This document shows positions 1-9,694 of a stretch of DNA of 32,000 nucleotides, piece by piece. Positions within the stretch are counted from its first letter, which is position 1, and every line of letters begins with the position of its first letter. A model generated the notes under the pieces. It worked only from the letters and a program-made list of their open reading frames with translations. It was not told the origin of the DNA and ran no database searches. The translations under genes and the position numbers were made by a program. The stretch is from the sequence record CM055507.1, one strand, 5' to 3'.

Positions 1-89
1 AACGAGGGCAGAAATTGTCGAAAAAATTGAAAAATTTTGAACCCGAACCAATTTAAAAAAATTGCATAGAAACCAACGTTTTAAATGGT

Positions 90-110
90 CCCAAAAACAA
101 CATTTTTGGG
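90..110. repeat. SDR family A hairpin
   Basis: cccaaaaa-caaca-tttttggg. Confidence 0.85.
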
Positions 111-150
111 GATTGAGTAAATGAAATTTTTAGGAAATTGCCAATCGAAT

Positions 151-519
151 TTATAACACTTCCGGTGCGAGTGAAATAATTTTTGTAAAATTACCATCAC
201 GTAATTCACGTGCCACCGGACCAAAAACTCGAGTGCCGCGAGGATTATTTTCTTTATTTATAATGACTGCTGCATTTTCGTCAAAACGGATACTTGTTCC
301 ATTGAGTCGTCGAACATTTTTGCGTGTACGAACAATAACTGCACGAACAATATCAGATTTTTTGACAGGCATGTTTGGAGTAGCATCTTTGACTACAGCA
401 ATAATAATATCACCAACTGTAGCTGCTCTTTGTTTTCCACCCCCTAAAACTCGAATACACATAAGTTCACGAGCACCTGTATTATCTGCAACTCGAAGAT
501 ATGTTTGTGGTTGAATCAT
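151..519 (-). CDS. rpl14: 50S ribosomal protein L14 (plastid)
   Basis: ORF 151..543 contains [27 protein letters not shown]..., a canonical L14 N-terminus starting at ATG (rc of 517-519). The 8 upstream codons of the track ORF are not typical of L14. Confidence 0.95.
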   Translation of the reverse strand: MIQPQTYLRVADNTGARELMCIRVLGGGKQRAATVGDIIIAVVKDATPNMPVKKSDIVRAVIVRTRKNVRRLNGTSIRFDENAAVIINKENNPRGTRVFGPVARELRDGNFTKIISLAPEVL

Positions 520-581
520 AACACTACCTTTTTCCTTTCCCAAATTCTAAAACTTTCACCTGCTCTTTCCGCCCCAAAGTC

Positions 582-606
582 GTTCCCAAAATCTTATTTT
601 GGGGAC
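582..606. repeat. SDR family A variant hairpin
   Basis: gttcccaaaat-ctt-attttggggac (one G-T pair). Confidence 0.8.
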
Positions 607-721
607 AATTTTGGGCTCAGTTATTTCATTTTAGAGAAAGACTTACTGTATCAAAAACCCCGTTTACCCACTTAAGCAAATTTGGAAATGTTAAGGTCAC
701 TATACTTTCTTCCCTTCCCCT

Positions 722-746
722 TCCTCAAATTTTTCAAATTGGAGGA
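722..746. repeat. SDR family B hairpin (imperfect), 5' flank ccttcc
   Basis: tcctcaaattt-ttc-aaattggagga (1-nt indel between the arms). Confidence 0.75.
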
Positions 747-759
747 AAATAGAGTTTAG

Positions 760-782
760 TCCCAAAAACGAAGTTTTTGGGA
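760..782. repeat. SDR family A hairpin
   Basis: tcccaaaaac-gaa-gtttttggga, perfect 10-bp stem. Confidence 0.9.
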
Positions 783-935
783 AAGGGACAACAAAGTTTT
801 CGAAACCAGGACCTATTATAACTTTGTTTTTGTCAGCAGCAATTACTAATTCTTTCAAATTTACAACACGGAGAGGATACAAAGAAATATTTTGGGATTA
901 CCGAAGTTTATTACCAATTTTAGTACCGGCCCCTT

Positions 936-958
936 CCTCAAATTTTCTAAATTCGAGG
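936..958. repeat. SDR family B hairpin (part of a B-A module)
   Basis: cctcaaattt-tct-aaattcgagg (one mismatch). Confidence 0.85.
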
Positions 959-967
959 CCAACAGGC

Positions 968-988
968 ACCAAAAACCAAGTTTTTGGT
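968..988. repeat. SDR family A hairpin (part of a B-A module)
   Basis: accaaaaac-caa-gtttttggt; an identical 21-mer recurs at 9695..9715. Confidence 0.9.
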
Positions 989-1035
989 TCTATTTTAAAG
1001 ACAGGTAACGAATTGAGCAAATATCTCCTTTTTTT

Positions 1036-1440
1036 TTATTTCACAAGAATTTGTGTTTTTACTGGTAATTTAGAAGCCGCTAAACGAAGAGCTACTCGAG
1101 CTACACTTTCAGGGACTCCTTTTAATTCATACAGAATTTTGCCTGGTTTCACAACCGCTACCCAAAATTCTGGAGCTCCTTTTCCAGATCCCATTCGGGT
1201 TTCAGCTGGACGCATTGTAACTGGTTTATCTGGAAACAATCGAATCCAAATCTGGCCACCTCGTCGAACTTGTCGTGTCATAGCACGACGAGCAGCCTCG
1301 ATTTGACGGGATGTAATCCAAGAAGCTTCTAACGTTTGTAATGCATAATCACCAAACACCACAGTGTTTCCACGAGAAGCTTTGCCTCTCATACGACCTC
1401 GATGGTGTTTACGATATTTAGTTCGTTTTGGACTTAACAT
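1036..1440 (-). CDS. rpl16: 50S ribosomal protein L16 (plastid)
   Basis: 134 aa, [21 protein letters not shown]...; ATG confirmed at 1438-1440 (rc); position in the rpl23 cluster; no intron. Confidence 0.96.
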   Translation of the reverse strand: MLSPKRTKYRKHHRGRMRGKASRGNTVVFGDYALQTLEASWITSRQIEAARRAMTRQVRRGGQIWIRLFPDKPVTMRPAETRMGSGKGAPEFWVAVVKPGKILYELKGVPESVARVALRLAASKLPVKTQILVK

Positions 1441-1448
1441 AGACTTGT

Positions 1449-2162
1449 TTACTTACTAGTTTGACTTTCTGGCAGATTACTTACGCGTGTTAATCGTTCA
1501 CCACGAAATACCCAAATTTTTACTCCTAACAAGCCAAAAATTGTTTTCGCTGATTTGGAAGAATAGTCAATATCTGCACGTAATGTTTGTAAAGGAACAG
1601 GTCCTTCACGCACATCTTCAGAACGTGCAATATCAGCACCATTTAAACGACCAGAAACTTGAACTTTAATTCCTTTTACGCCAGCACGTAAAGCTCTTTG
1701 AACAGTTTGTCTCATAGCGCGTCGAAAAGGTTTTCGTTGTTCTAAATCTTCCACAAGTTTTTCAGCCAGAACTGCTGCATAGGCGTCTGGTTCTTGAAGC
1801 GGTTTAATTGATAAACTTAAAAGAATTTGTCCTGGATCTGGTAAATTTCTTTTTCTATAAAAAGCTCTTAATTGGTTTACAAGGTTATCTCGTAAACGAT
1901 CTAAACTTTTTGTATCACGACCTAAAAAAAGAGCTGGACGAGCAGCATAAATCTCAACGCCTAAAGAAGGCGGCTCAAGATCTCGTCGTTCAATTTCAAT
2001 ATTTGTTATTCCAGCACCAACATAAGTTTTTGAAAGATAAGTTCTTAAAAAACTAGCATCTTGAATCCATAAAGCTGACTTTTCAGGAGTTGTGCACCAA
2101 TAACTTTGATGTTTTTGAGTGATTCCGAGACGAAATCCAACTGGATGTACTTTTTGTCCCAT
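1449..2162 (-). CDS. rps3: 30S ribosomal protein S3 (plastid)
   Basis: 237 aa, [22 protein letters not shown]... with S3 KH and C-terminal domain motifs; 8 bp from rpl16. Confidence 0.95.
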   Translation of the reverse strand: MGQKVHPVGFRLGITQKHQSYWCTTPEKSALWIQDASFLRTYLSKTYVGAGITNIEIERRDLEPPSLGVEIYAARPALFLGRDTKSLDRLRDNLVNQLRAFYRKRNLPDPGQILLSLSIKPLQEPDAYAAVLAEKLVEDLEQRKPFRRAMRQTVQRALRAGVKGIKVQVSGRLNGADIARSEDVREGPVPLQTLRADIDYSSKSAKTIFGLLGVKIWVFRGERLTRVSNLPESQTSK

Positions 2163-2169
2163 AAGCTGT

Positions 2170-2448
2170 TTATCGTTTTGATTTTTTATCTTTTTTCACA
2201 TGACCTCGAAATGTCCGAGTTGGGGCAAATTCACCTAATTTATGCCCTACCATTTGATCCGTAATAAACACTGGGATGTGTTCGCGTCCATTATGGACAG
2301 CGATAGTATGCCCAATCATAACCGGAACAATTGTGGATGCACGCGACCATGTTTTAATAACTTTTTTATCACCTTGTGTATTTAATCTTTCAACTTTTTG
2401 AAGTAAATGATCTGCCACAAAAGGGGCTTTTTTTAATGATCTTGCCAT
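2170..2448 (-). CDS. rps19: 30S ribosomal protein S19 (plastid)
   Basis: 92 aa, [19 protein letters not shown]...[35 protein letters not shown]. Confidence 0.96.
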   Translation of the reverse strand: MARSLKKAPFVADHLLQKVERLNTQGDKKVIKTWSRASTIVPVMIGHTIAVHNGREHIPVFITDQMVGHKLGEFAPTRTFRGHVKKDKKSKR

Positions 2449-2469
2449 ATGTTTCTACACCACTCCTTA

Positions 2470-3297
2470 TTATTTTCTTCGTTGAAGAATTAGAGCAGCA
2501 CTAAATTTTTTACGTTTCCGAGTTTTAGCGCCTAAAGCAGGTTTTCCCCACGGACTTACTGGTCGAGATCGTCCGATTGGAGCACGACCCTCACCACCAC
2601 CATGTGGGTGATCCACAGGGTTCATTGCTGACCCACGAACATGCGGACGACGTCCTAACCAACGTTTTCGACCTGCTTTGCCTAAAGTTAAATTAAAAGC
2701 ATCGACATTCCCAACACGCCCAATTGTAGCCCAACAATTTTGTGAAACTAGACGTACTTCTCCTGATGGAAGACGGAGAGTTACCCAAGTGCCCTCTTTT
2801 GCAACTATTTGTGCAACCGTTCCTGCAGCTCTAACTAATTGACCACCAGATCCGGGTTGTAATTCGACATTATGAACTTCAGTTCCTAATGGGATATTTA
2901 CAAGAGGTAAACAATTTCCAACTGTAATTGTAGCTTCTGGTGAAGCAAGAATAGTATCCCCAATTTGTAACCCAACTGGATGTAAAATATAACGTTTTTC
3001 ACCATCTTGGTAGTTTACTAAAGCAATTCTTGAATTACGATTAGGATCGTACTCAATATGAGTTACTTTTGCAGGGATATTTACTTTTGTTCTTCCAAAA
3101 TCGATCTCGCGATAGAGTCTTTTATGACCACCACCACGATGTCGACTTGTAATAATTCCTCTATTATTTCGTCCTTTCGAACGAGACCACCAGGTTGTTA
3201 AACTTTTTTCAGGTTTTTTTGAGGTTACTTCTGAAAAATCTAAGACAGATCCATGTCGTGTCCCTGGTGTGGCAGCTTTAAAAAAACGAATAGCCAT
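2470..3297 (-). CDS. rpl2: 50S ribosomal protein L2 (plastid)
   Basis: 275 aa with [22 protein letters not shown] and [14 protein letters not shown] motifs; uninterrupted. Confidence 0.97.
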   Translation of the reverse strand: MAIRFFKAATPGTRHGSVLDFSEVTSKKPEKSLTTWWSRSKGRNNRGIITSRHRGGGHKRLYREIDFGRTKVNIPAKVTHIEYDPNRNSRIALVNYQDGEKRYILHPVGLQIGDTILASPEATITVGNCLPLVNIPLGTEVHNVELQPGSGGQLVRAAGTVAQIVAKEGTWVTLRLPSGEVRLVSQNCWATIGRVGNVDAFNLTLGKAGRKRWLGRRPHVRGSAMNPVDHPHGGGEGRAPIGRSRPVSPWGKPALGAKTRKRKKFSAALILQRRK

Positions 3298-3316
3298 ATT
3301 CTAAGTTGAATGTGTG

Positions 3317-3577
3317 TTATTTCAATAAAGTCACGTCAGAATCCACAGTGACAATTACTCGTTTGTAACTAGGTTTTGATCCGAGTCGATTTGTTTTGCG
3401 TGGAGGTCTATGTGTGTTTACTGCCAGCACTTTCACATTAAAAAACTCTTCAATGAGTTTTCGAATTTGCGGTTTTGTGAGTCTTACGTCTACATCAAAG
3501 CTTAATTGATTGTTTTCAACTAATCGAGTAGCTTTTTCCGTACGAATCACTGGATATTTCACCAAGTCTAGCATCAT
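3317..3577 (-). CDS. rpl23: 50S ribosomal protein L23 (plastid)
   Basis: 86 aa, [30 protein letters not shown]...; first gene of the cluster; two adjacent ATGs (3575-3577 and 3572-3574). Confidence 0.9.
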   Translation of the reverse strand: MMLDLVKYPVIRTEKATRLVENNQLSFDVDVRLTKPQIRKLIEEFFNVKVLAVNTHRPPRKTNRLGSKPSYKRVIVTVDSDVTLLK

Positions 3578-3634
3578 AAGTACGTTTTTTGTAAATAATT
3601 TCTATAGACAGTTTGTCTTTTTCCAGAATTTTTC

Positions 3635-3689
3635 TCCAAATTTGTACTGGTCCCAAAAACAAGATTTTTGGGGCCGGGCTAAATTTGGA
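3635..3689. repeat. Family B arms (tccaaattt / aaatttgga) enclosing a family A hairpin (3649..3675)
   Basis: tccaaattt gtactgg [tcccaaaaacaagatttttgggg] ccgggct aaatttgga. Confidence 0.8.
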
Positions 3690-3728
3690 AAAGATTTGTA
3701 ACTGCCCTAGCCTTATGCCCCCCTGCTA

Positions 3729-3747
3729 TCAAAAACTTAGTTTTTGG
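3729..3747. repeat. SDR family A hairpin (short)
   Basis: tcaaaaac-tta-gtttttgg. Confidence 0.75.
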
Positions 3748-4235
3748 GACCAGACCGGATCCATTTTTTCAAATTTGAGGCCAATTCCGTTTTTTGAGAA
3801 AACAGTACTGAAGGGTTTAAGTTTGGGGGAGGGAGAATCTTTGTTTCTGGGACCAACCGTATTTTTGGGAAAGAAAAAATTCTTGCTTAAAAAAAAACAG
3901 TTTAAACAAAACACTACTTTTTTGTAGAGAATTCTCTAATTATTAAATGTTGTTACAACATTCCTAGAACCTATCCCAAAACCTTCTCTTTTAACTTTTC
4001 CAGATTTTTCAAAAAGCTTGACCTCTGAAATTTTGGAGAACAGGAGACAAGGCGCTTAAAAAGTTGGTAGCTGTGGTCAATAATTGTTTTGGTGCTGGTC
4101 ATAAGAAGAATTTTTCTGATTACCAAAATGAAGTGTTTTGGTTTAGTTTTTTTTCAAAAAAGGTTTTCTAGGAAAAATAATACAAGAAATTTTGTGCTTT
4201 TTATAGTGAATAAAAAAATTTAAAAGTTTAAAAAG

Positions 4236-5048
4236 TTATTCAATCATATTATGATATGTAGCTACAGTAGAAGGCGAAATTTTATTTAAAGAACGGAAAA
4301 TCCAATATTTAAATACAGTGTCTAAAAAAACAGGAAATGTTGCTACAAAAAGAGACATAAATTCTCCATTTTCTGGTAATCCAAAATGACGTAATAACCA
4401 TTCTAAAAACACTTCCCAACCACGCGGCGAATGAAACCCTACTAGTAAATCTGTACCTAAAATCAATAAAAAGGATTTTGTAGTATCACTTAAACTATAT
4501 AACGATTCTGATAAAAAGGATTTCAAAATAATAATTTGAGGTTTTAGAAGCACAAAAACAACACTTAAACTTAAAAAACTTAAAAAATCAGCAAAAAGGT
4601 TGCTTATTGCTTCAATGCTTTCGAGATTATAATTTTTTGCAATTTCAAATGTTTGTTTTTGAAGTTCTTTTGAAAAATTAAGTGGTTCGTCAAAAAAAGT
4701 TGGATTTACAAAAGATTCAAAATAAACTTTTTCTTCAAATCGATGCAAATCAGCTAAAGCCCTATTTTCTTGATATGAATTCAAAAAAATTTCAGTATGA
4801 CTTTGATTCCAAAGATATTCAACTCCAGGTTTAATAAGAAAAGATTTAGAAATTAAATTTACTAATAATGGAACAACAATTAGAGTAATTAAACATCTTA
4901 CAGAAACAATAACCTGGTAGCGTGAAATTCGAAATTCTTGAATCACAAGCATTTCAGCACCAGGAAGCAATTGTTTTCGAAATCTTTCAAAAGTTCGAAG
5001 AATTGATCGCGGTATTAATCCTGTTTGTTCTATTGTTCTTTTTTTCAT
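4236..5048 (-). CDS. cemA: Chloroplast envelope membrane protein CemA (Ycf10)
   Basis: ORF 4236..5111 contains GLIPRSILRTFERFRKQL...EFRISRYQVIVSVRCL and C-terminal hydrophobic segments typical of CemA. The track ORF begins at a TTG lying inside repeat sequence, so I place the start at the first ATG (rc of 5046-5048, MKKRTIEQ). Confidence 0.85.
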   Translation of the reverse strand: MKKRTIEQTGLIPRSILRTFERFRKQLLPGAEMLVIQEFRISRYQVIVSVRCLITLIVVPLLVNLISKSFLIKPGVEYLWNQSHTEIFLNSYQENRALADLHRFEEKVYFESFVNPTFFDEPLNFSKELQKQTFEIAKNYNLESIEAISNLFADFLSFLSLSVVFVLLKPQIIILKSFLSESLYSLSDTTKSFLLILGTDLLVGFHSPRGWEVFLEWLLRHFGLPENGEFMSLFVATFPVFLDTVFKYWIFRSLNKISPSTVATYHNMIE

Positions 5049-5074
5049 AGAACGCAAATCTCTTTTTTTCTTGT

Positions 5075-5097
5075 TTCCAAATTTGAAAAATTTGGAA
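5075..5097. repeat. SDR family B hairpin
   Basis: ttccaaattt-gaa-aaatttggaa, perfect 10 bp; lies just upstream of the cemA ATG. Confidence 0.9.
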
Positions 5098-5105
5098 CTC
5101 ACTGG

Positions 5106-5128
5106 TACCAAAAATAAGATTTTTGGTA
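5106..5128. repeat. SDR family A hairpin
   Basis: taccaaaaa-taaga-tttttggta. Confidence 0.88.
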
Positions 5129-5337
5129 ATCTATTTGATGTGAGAAAAACAAAAGGTTTTTATTTTTTTAAGGAAGAAAATAAATCAAACCTTTTAGAAT
5201 GAATTTTATTATATTAAATTAAACAGGGCAACAGCTGACAAAACCTTTGTTAGAAACCCTGGACTAAATTGGCGCTCGTTTAACCTCAAAAATATTTTAG
5301 GACCATTCACTGAGTTTAAGACGAATGTTCGTTGTCC

Positions 5338-5356
5338 CCAAATTTTTAAAATTTGG
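5338..5356. repeat. SDR family B palindrome
   Basis: ccaaatttt-t-aaaatttgg. Confidence 0.85.
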
Positions 5357-5362
5357 TCCGGT

Positions 5363-5395
5363 CCCAAAAACGTAGTTTTTGGTACAGTTTTTGGG
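5363..5395. repeat. SDR family A with duplicated 3' arm
   Basis: cccaaaaac-gta-gtttttgg-taca-gtttttggg. Confidence 0.85.
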
Positions 5396-5432
5396 AGTGG
5401 AAGGGACCGAAAAAAATATTGATAAAGAAAAT

Positions 5433-5984
5433 TTAAATACCTTCTAATGAGACTTGTAAAAATTTAGCTAACTCAGCCGCTTGAGTTTCTATTTGTTGAA
5501 TACTTAAAGGTTGTCCTGCTCGTGTTAATGGAATTTCTCGATTTCCACGTAATTTTAAATATATTATGCGTTTTGGGTTAATTCCTTCTTGAATTTCAAC
5601 TCGGATGCTTTGAATTTCTTGAATTGGGTATTGAAGATCGATACGTCGATTTTTCCCCGGAAATCCCCAACGAAAAATTCGTATATACCCTGTTTGGCGA
5701 TTAAATTCATTAAAACCTTCACCTAAGTTCCAAAGAATAATGAGCCAAATATAAGTCCCTAAAACTAAGCCCAGTAACCCATAAAAACACATCACTAAGC
5801 CTTGTGGAAAAAATTGGATGGTTGGAGATTTAAGGAGAGAAAAGAATGGAATTTCAAAATAACTTGAAAGCCCAGTCACTAAAAAGCCAATTCCGCCAAG
5901 ACACAGCAAAGAACCCCAAACATAATTACCAAAGCGTCTTGCGCCAGGAACTTCATAACGAATAATAGGTTCTTGAGTTATCAT
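5433..5984 (-). CDS. ycf4: Photosystem I assembly protein Ycf4
   Basis: 183 aa, ...RRFGNYVWGSLLCLGGIGFLVTGLSSYF..., two N-terminal TM helices and a conserved Ycf4 C-terminal domain. Confidence 0.92.
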   Translation of the reverse strand: MITQEPIIRYEVPGARRFGNYVWGSLLCLGGIGFLVTGLSSYFEIPFFSLLKSPTIQFFPQGLVMCFYGLLGLVLGTYIWLIILWNLGEGFNEFNRQTGYIRIFRWGFPGKNRRIDLQYPIQEIQSIRVEIQEGINPKRIIYLKLRGNREIPLTRAGQPLSIQQIETQAAELAKFLQVSLEGI

Positions 5985-6107
5985 CTTTTTGAACTACTGT
6001 GTTGATTTTGATTATGGTTAATTTTTGAACAAATCGATTTTGATGTACTGAATCTATCAAAAACGAAGTGATAAAAACTTTTTAAAATAATAACAAACCT
6101 GTACTTT

Positions 6108-6128
6108 CCCAAATTTTTCAAATTTGAG
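6108..6128. repeat. SDR family B hairpin (imperfect)
   Basis: cccaaattt-ttc-aaatttgag. Confidence 0.7.
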
Positions 6129-6155
6129 CCCAACTGGAACCAAAACCTAAGTTGG

Positions 6156-6178
6156 CCTCAAAAATTTCATTTTTGAGG
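6156..6178. repeat. A/B hybrid hairpin
   Basis: cctcaaaaa-tttca-tttttgagg, followed by the aagg flank typical of family B. Confidence 0.85.
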
Positions 6179-6207
6179 AAGGTAATGTTTTGTTCTCAGA
6201 TTTGATA

Positions 6208-6228
6208 AAGGTTCACTTATTGAACCTT
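6208..6228. other. Unique 8-bp hairpin in the ycf4-rpl19 spacer
   Basis: aaggttca-cttat-tgaacctt. Confidence 0.4.
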
Positions 6229-6263
6229 AGTTTTTCATCGATATTTAAAATTGATAAACTTTC

Positions 6264-6286
6264 TCCCAAATTTTTCAAATTTGGGA
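6264..6286. repeat. SDR family B hairpin
   Basis: tcccaaattt-ttc-aaatttggga, perfect 10 bp; just downstream of the rpl19 stop. Confidence 0.9.
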
Positions 6287-6289
6287 CAA

Positions 6290-6313
6290 CTTCAAATTTT
6301 ACAAAATTTGAGG
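6290..6313. repeat. SDR family B hairpin
   Basis: cttcaaatttt-ac-aaaatttgagg (one G-T pair); abuts the rpl19 stop codon region. Confidence 0.82.
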
Positions 6314-6323
6314 TTAGTTAAGA

Positions 6324-6707
6324 TTATTGATTTACCCAAACTTCTGGTAGAGTTTCAAATTTTTCTTTTAATCGAGTTGCTTTACCTGTTCTATTACGTA
6401 AATAATACAATTTTGCACGAGAGACCTGAGCTCTTCGGAGAATTTGAACATTAGCAACACAAGGAGCATAGAGAGGAAACACACGTTCTACGCCAACACC
6501 TTGTAAACTTTTTCGAACAGTAACTGTCGAATTAGCCCCTGCTTGATGTTTTGCGATTACTGTTCCTTCAAAAGGTTGAACACGTTGTTTATTCCCTTCT
6601 TGAATCGAAACACCAATTCGTACTAAATCCCCGACACGAATATCAGGTAACTCTGTTTTCATTGTTCCAGCTTGAATAGTCTGGACAAGTTGTTGAAGTT
6701 TAGCCAT
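6324..6707 (-). CDS. rpl19: 50S ribosomal protein L19 (plastid)
   Basis: 127 aa, ...[36 protein letters not shown]...[18 protein letters not shown]... L19 signature. Confidence 0.92.
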   Translation of the reverse strand: MAKLQQLVQTIQAGTMKTELPDIRVGDLVRIGVSIQEGNKQRVQPFEGTVIAKHQAGANSTVTVRKSLQGVGVERVFPLYAPCVANVQILRRAQVSRAKLYYLRNRTGKATRLKEKFETLPEVWVNQ

Positions 6708-6795
6708 AAAAGTTACCTTTTCGTTGTTGATTTTGAAATATAACCTGTACTGTTAGTATTCCCAAATAAATGCTATTAATCTGGTAACAGTTATC

Positions 6796-6814
6796 CCAAA
6801 TTTTTCAAATTTGG
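6796..6814. repeat. SDR family B hairpin
   Basis: ccaaattt-ttc-aaatttgg. Confidence 0.8.
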
Positions 6815-7038
6815 AGAAGGTACAGATTTATAGATTTTTTTAGTTTGTAAAATATTTGTCTGTCTTAAAATTTCGTCACGCTCTACTCTTGAACAGAGCC
6901 CTAAAATATCAGATTGGGGGAACGGAACAAGACAAAATTTTCTTTTTTGTTCTAACAAAATTCGAACCTACTAGGACTCTTAAATAGAAGTTATAAAGCC
7001 AATAAAAAAATCCTTTTATCTCAATTTTTTATTGAAAC

Positions 7039-7067
7039 CGTTCCCAAAAACGAAGTTTTTGGGAACG
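7039..7067. repeat. SDR family A hairpin, extended
   Basis: cgttcccaaaaac-gaa-gtttttgggaacg, perfect 13-bp stem. Confidence 0.92.
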
Positions 7068-7101
7068 AAATCGTCTTAAAAAAAATTGACCTAAGAGCCG
7101 T

Positions 7102-7126
7102 CCTCAAATTTTGAAAAAATTTGAGG
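7102..7126. repeat. SDR family B hairpin
   Basis: cctcaaatttt-gaa-aaaatttgagg, perfect 11 bp; about 55 nt downstream of the tufA stop (3' flank of minus-strand tufA). Confidence 0.92.
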
Positions 7127-7180
7127 TAGCTATCACTATGAATTCTTTTGTCAGTCGAATTCTATTTTAAATGAAATTGT

Positions 7181-8410
7181 TTACTCAACAATTGTTGATA
7201 CTACGCCGGCACCAACTGTACGACCACCTTCGCGAATCGCAAAACGCATTCCTTTTTCAATGGCAATAGGTTGAATAAGTTCAACAATCATCTTGATTCG
7301 ATCACCAGGCATAACCATTTGTGTTGCGCTATCATCATCTGCACGGAATGATTCAATTTTTCCTGTTACATCTGTTGTACGAACATAAAATTGTGGTCGA
7401 TAACCTGGGAAAAAAGGAGTATGACGACCTCCTTCTTCTTTAGTTAAAACATAGACTTGAGCTTCAAATTTTGTATGAGCCAGAATACTTCCTGGTTTAG
7501 CTAGAACCATACCACGTTCAATATCTGTTTTTTGAACACCACGTAGTAAAATTCCAACATTGTCGCCGGCAACACTTTCATCTAATGTTTTTTGGAACAT
7601 TTCTAAACCAGTTACAGTTGTTGTTTTTGTATCACGTAAACCAATTAGTTCAACTGTATCACCAATTTTAACGCAACCACGTTCTACACGACCTGTAGCT
7701 ACTGTTCCTCGACCTGTAATTGAGAACACATCCTCGATAGCCATTAAAAATGGTTTATCTGTTTCACGTTGAGGTGTTGGAATGTATGAATCAACTTGAT
7801 CCATAAGGTTATAAATTTTGTCAACCCATTTACTATCACCAGGTTTTGTTTGAGGATTTTCACTTAATGCTTCTAAAGCTAAAAGAGCAGATCCCGCAAT
7901 AATTGGAATTTCATCACCCGGAAATTCATATTTATCTAATGTTTCGCGAATTTCAAGTTCAACAAGTTCTAATAACTCTGCATCATCAACTTGATCTTCT
8001 TTATTTAAAAAGACAACAATATTTGGAACACCTACTTGTTTTGCTAATAGTAAATGTTCTTTTGTTTGCGGCATTGGACCATCAGCACCTGATACAACAA
8101 GAATTGCACCGTCCATTTGAGCGGCACCTGTAATCATGTTTTTTACATAATCGGCATGACCTGGACAATCTACATGAGCGTAATGACGATTTTCCGTTTC
8201 GTATTCTACATGAGCAGTGTTAATTGTAATTCCACGTGCTTTTTCTTCTGGAGCAGAATCGATATCATCATATTTACGACCTTTTGCACCACCACGTGCA
8301 GCTAAAGCCATAGTAATTGCAGCAGTTAAAGTTGTTTTACCGTGATCTACGTGACCAATTGTGCCAATATTTACATGTGGTTTTTTACGTTCAAATTTTT
8401 CACGTGCCAT
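7181..8410 (-). CDS. tufA: Elongation factor Tu (plastid-encoded)
   Basis: 409 aa, [18 protein letters not shown] and NKED GTPase motifs; full-length EF-Tu. Confidence 0.99.
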   Translation of the reverse strand: MAREKFERKKPHVNIGTIGHVDHGKTTLTAAITMALAARGGAKGRKYDDIDSAPEEKARGITINTAHVEYETENRHYAHVDCPGHADYVKNMITGAAQMDGAILVVSGADGPMPQTKEHLLLAKQVGVPNIVVFLNKEDQVDDAELLELVELEIRETLDKYEFPGDEIPIIAGSALLALEALSENPQTKPGDSKWVDKIYNLMDQVDSYIPTPQRETDKPFLMAIEDVFSITGRGTVATGRVERGCVKIGDTVELIGLRDTKTTTVTGLEMFQKTLDESVAGDNVGILLRGVQKTDIERGMVLAKPGSILAHTKFEAQVYVLTKEEGGRHTPFFPGYRPQFYVRTTDVTGKIESFRADDDSATQMVMPGDRIKMIVELIQPIAIEKGMRFAIREGGRTVGAGVVSTIVE

Positions 8411-8561
8411 AAAAATTTTCCTTTAGTGTAATATTTAATTCGATCTTTGATTTTGAGAAATAAGAGGTAGCCTACTAAAGACATTTTGAACTAAAAGATT
8501 TGGAAATACTAAACCTTCTACCAAAATAAAAAAACGAAGTTTTTAGTAGAATTACCATTAG

Positions 8562-8584
8562 CCTCAAATTTGTTAAATTTGAGG
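8562..8584. repeat. SDR family B hairpin
   Basis: cctcaaattt-gtt-aaatttgagg followed by aagg; lies between tufA and rps7. Confidence 0.92.
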
Positions 8585-8638
8585 AAGGGGTTAAATGAAT
8601 TTTTTGATATTGCAAACTTTGCTGATTCGAAAACTAGT

Positions 8639-9109
8639 TTAAAAACGATATTTAGCAAAAGCTTTATTTGCGTCAGCCATTTTATGTACTTCATCTCTTT
8701 TTCGGACAGCAAGACCTGAATTTTTTGCAGCATCTAAAAGTTCACTTGTTAATTTTGTTGCCATAGGTCTTCCAGATTTATTACGACAAGCGGAAAGAAT
8801 CCAGCGGAGGGCCAAAGCTGTCCCACGTTCTGGGGCTACTTCTAAAGGAACTTGATAGGTAGACCCCCCGATACGACGTGCTTTTACTTCCACGAGTGGA
8901 GTAGCGTTTCTAATAGCTTGTTCAACAATAACTAAGGGATCTTGTTGTGTAGTATCTGCGACCTGATTCATACTTTCATAGCAAATTCTATATGCTAATG
9001 ATTTTTTGCCTTCTCGCATTAACTGACGAACTAAAAGTTCAACCAGACGACTATCATACACTGGATCAGGCATTACAATACGTTTTTTTGGAGTGCGTCT
9101 ACGAGACAT
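8639..9109 (-). CDS. rps7: 30S ribosomal protein S7 (plastid)
   Basis: 156 aa, [27 protein letters not shown]...; adjacent to rps12 as in the str operon. Confidence 0.96.
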   Translation of the reverse strand: MSRRRTPKKRIVMPDPVYDSRLVELLVRQLMREGKKSLAYRICYESMNQVADTTQQDPLVIVEQAIRNATPLVEVKARRIGGSTYQVPLEVAPERGTALALRWILSACRNKSGRPMATKLTSELLDAAKNSGLAVRKRDEVHKMADANKAFAKYRF

Positions 9110-9129
9110 AAATTAAATTTGTTTTTGAA

Positions 9130-9501
9130 TTATTTTGGACGTTTGACACCGTATTTAGAACGGCTTTGACCACGATCTTTAACACCTGCAGAATCTAAAG
9201 TACCACGAACAATATGATAGCGAACTCCAGGTAAATCTTTTACTCTTCCACCACGAACTAAAACTACAGAGTGTTCTTGTAAATTATGGCCAATACCCGG
9301 AATATATGCAGTCACTTCAAAACCAGATGTAAGTCGAACACGAGCTACTTTTCGTAAAGCGGAATTAGGTTTCTTTGGTGTAGTTGTGTAAACTCTAGTA
9401 CAAACACCACGTCGTTGTGGGCAGCTATTTAAAGCAGGAGATTTTGTCTTTTTTGAAAGACGAGTTCGAGCAGAGCGAACTAATTGTTGAATTGTAGGCA
9501 T
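9130..9501 (-). CDS. rps12: 30S ribosomal protein S12 (plastid), uninterrupted
   Basis: 123 aa, [12 protein letters not shown]...[55 protein letters not shown]. Confidence 0.98.
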   Translation of the reverse strand: MPTIQQLVRSARTRLSKKTKSPALNSCPQRRGVCTRVYTTTPKKPNSALRKVARVRLTSGFEVTAYIPGIGHNLQEHSVVLVRGGRVKDLPGVRYHIVRGTLDSAGVKDRGQSRSKYGVKRPK

Positions 9502-9591
9502 AGTTAAAATGTGTCACACTAGACTAAAAATTTTTATTCATTTGTTTCACTATTTTGTATACAAAAAAAAAGAAAAAATTAGATTCTCTGG

Positions 9592-9614
9592 CCCCAAATT
9601 TGTGTAATTTGGGG
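9592..9614. repeat. SDR family B hairpin
   Basis: ccccaaatt-tgtgt-aatttgggg. Confidence 0.9.
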
Positions 9615-9694
9615 AAAATTTTAAAATAAAATTTGGAAGCTTTACCTAAAAAGTCTTTCCTGAAATTAACACAAATTCAGACTAAAAAACGGGA

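Noticed and set aside
233-514. Antisense ORFs inside genes (233..514, 1487..1669, 1808..2056, 7560..8305, 16887..17135, 18324..18536, 19735..20034, 24480..24707, 25619..25897, 26771..27187, 28143..28918, 29535..29768, 30996..31196, 31698..31967)
   Set aside because: They are shadow or alternative-frame ORFs within well-supported conserved CDSs and show no independent coding signal.
151-543. N-terminal extensions in the track for rpl14 (543), cemA (5111), rps18 (11425) and rpl20 (11983)
   Set aside because: I checked the cemA, rps18 and rpl20 codons on the sequence. They are TTG rather than ATG and lie in or next to SDR copies, and conserved protein N-termini begin at downstream ATGs. For rpl14, the 8 extra residues are not L14-like.
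700-1306. Track ORFs 700..882 (-) and 824..1306 (+)
   Set aside because: They are built from SDR sequence in the rpl14-rpl16 spacer and from the antisense strand of rpl16. They have low-complexity translations with no recognisable motifs.
3510-3927. Track ORFs 3510..3701, 3613..3927 and 3729..3914
   Set aside because: They overlap each other on both strands and are largely translated repeats (…PKNKIFGAGLNLEKI…). They are spurious ORFs in AT-rich spacer.
6251-6454. Track ORF 6251..6454 (+)
   Set aside because: It starts in two family B hairpins and continues antisense to rpl19, so it is a shadow ORF.
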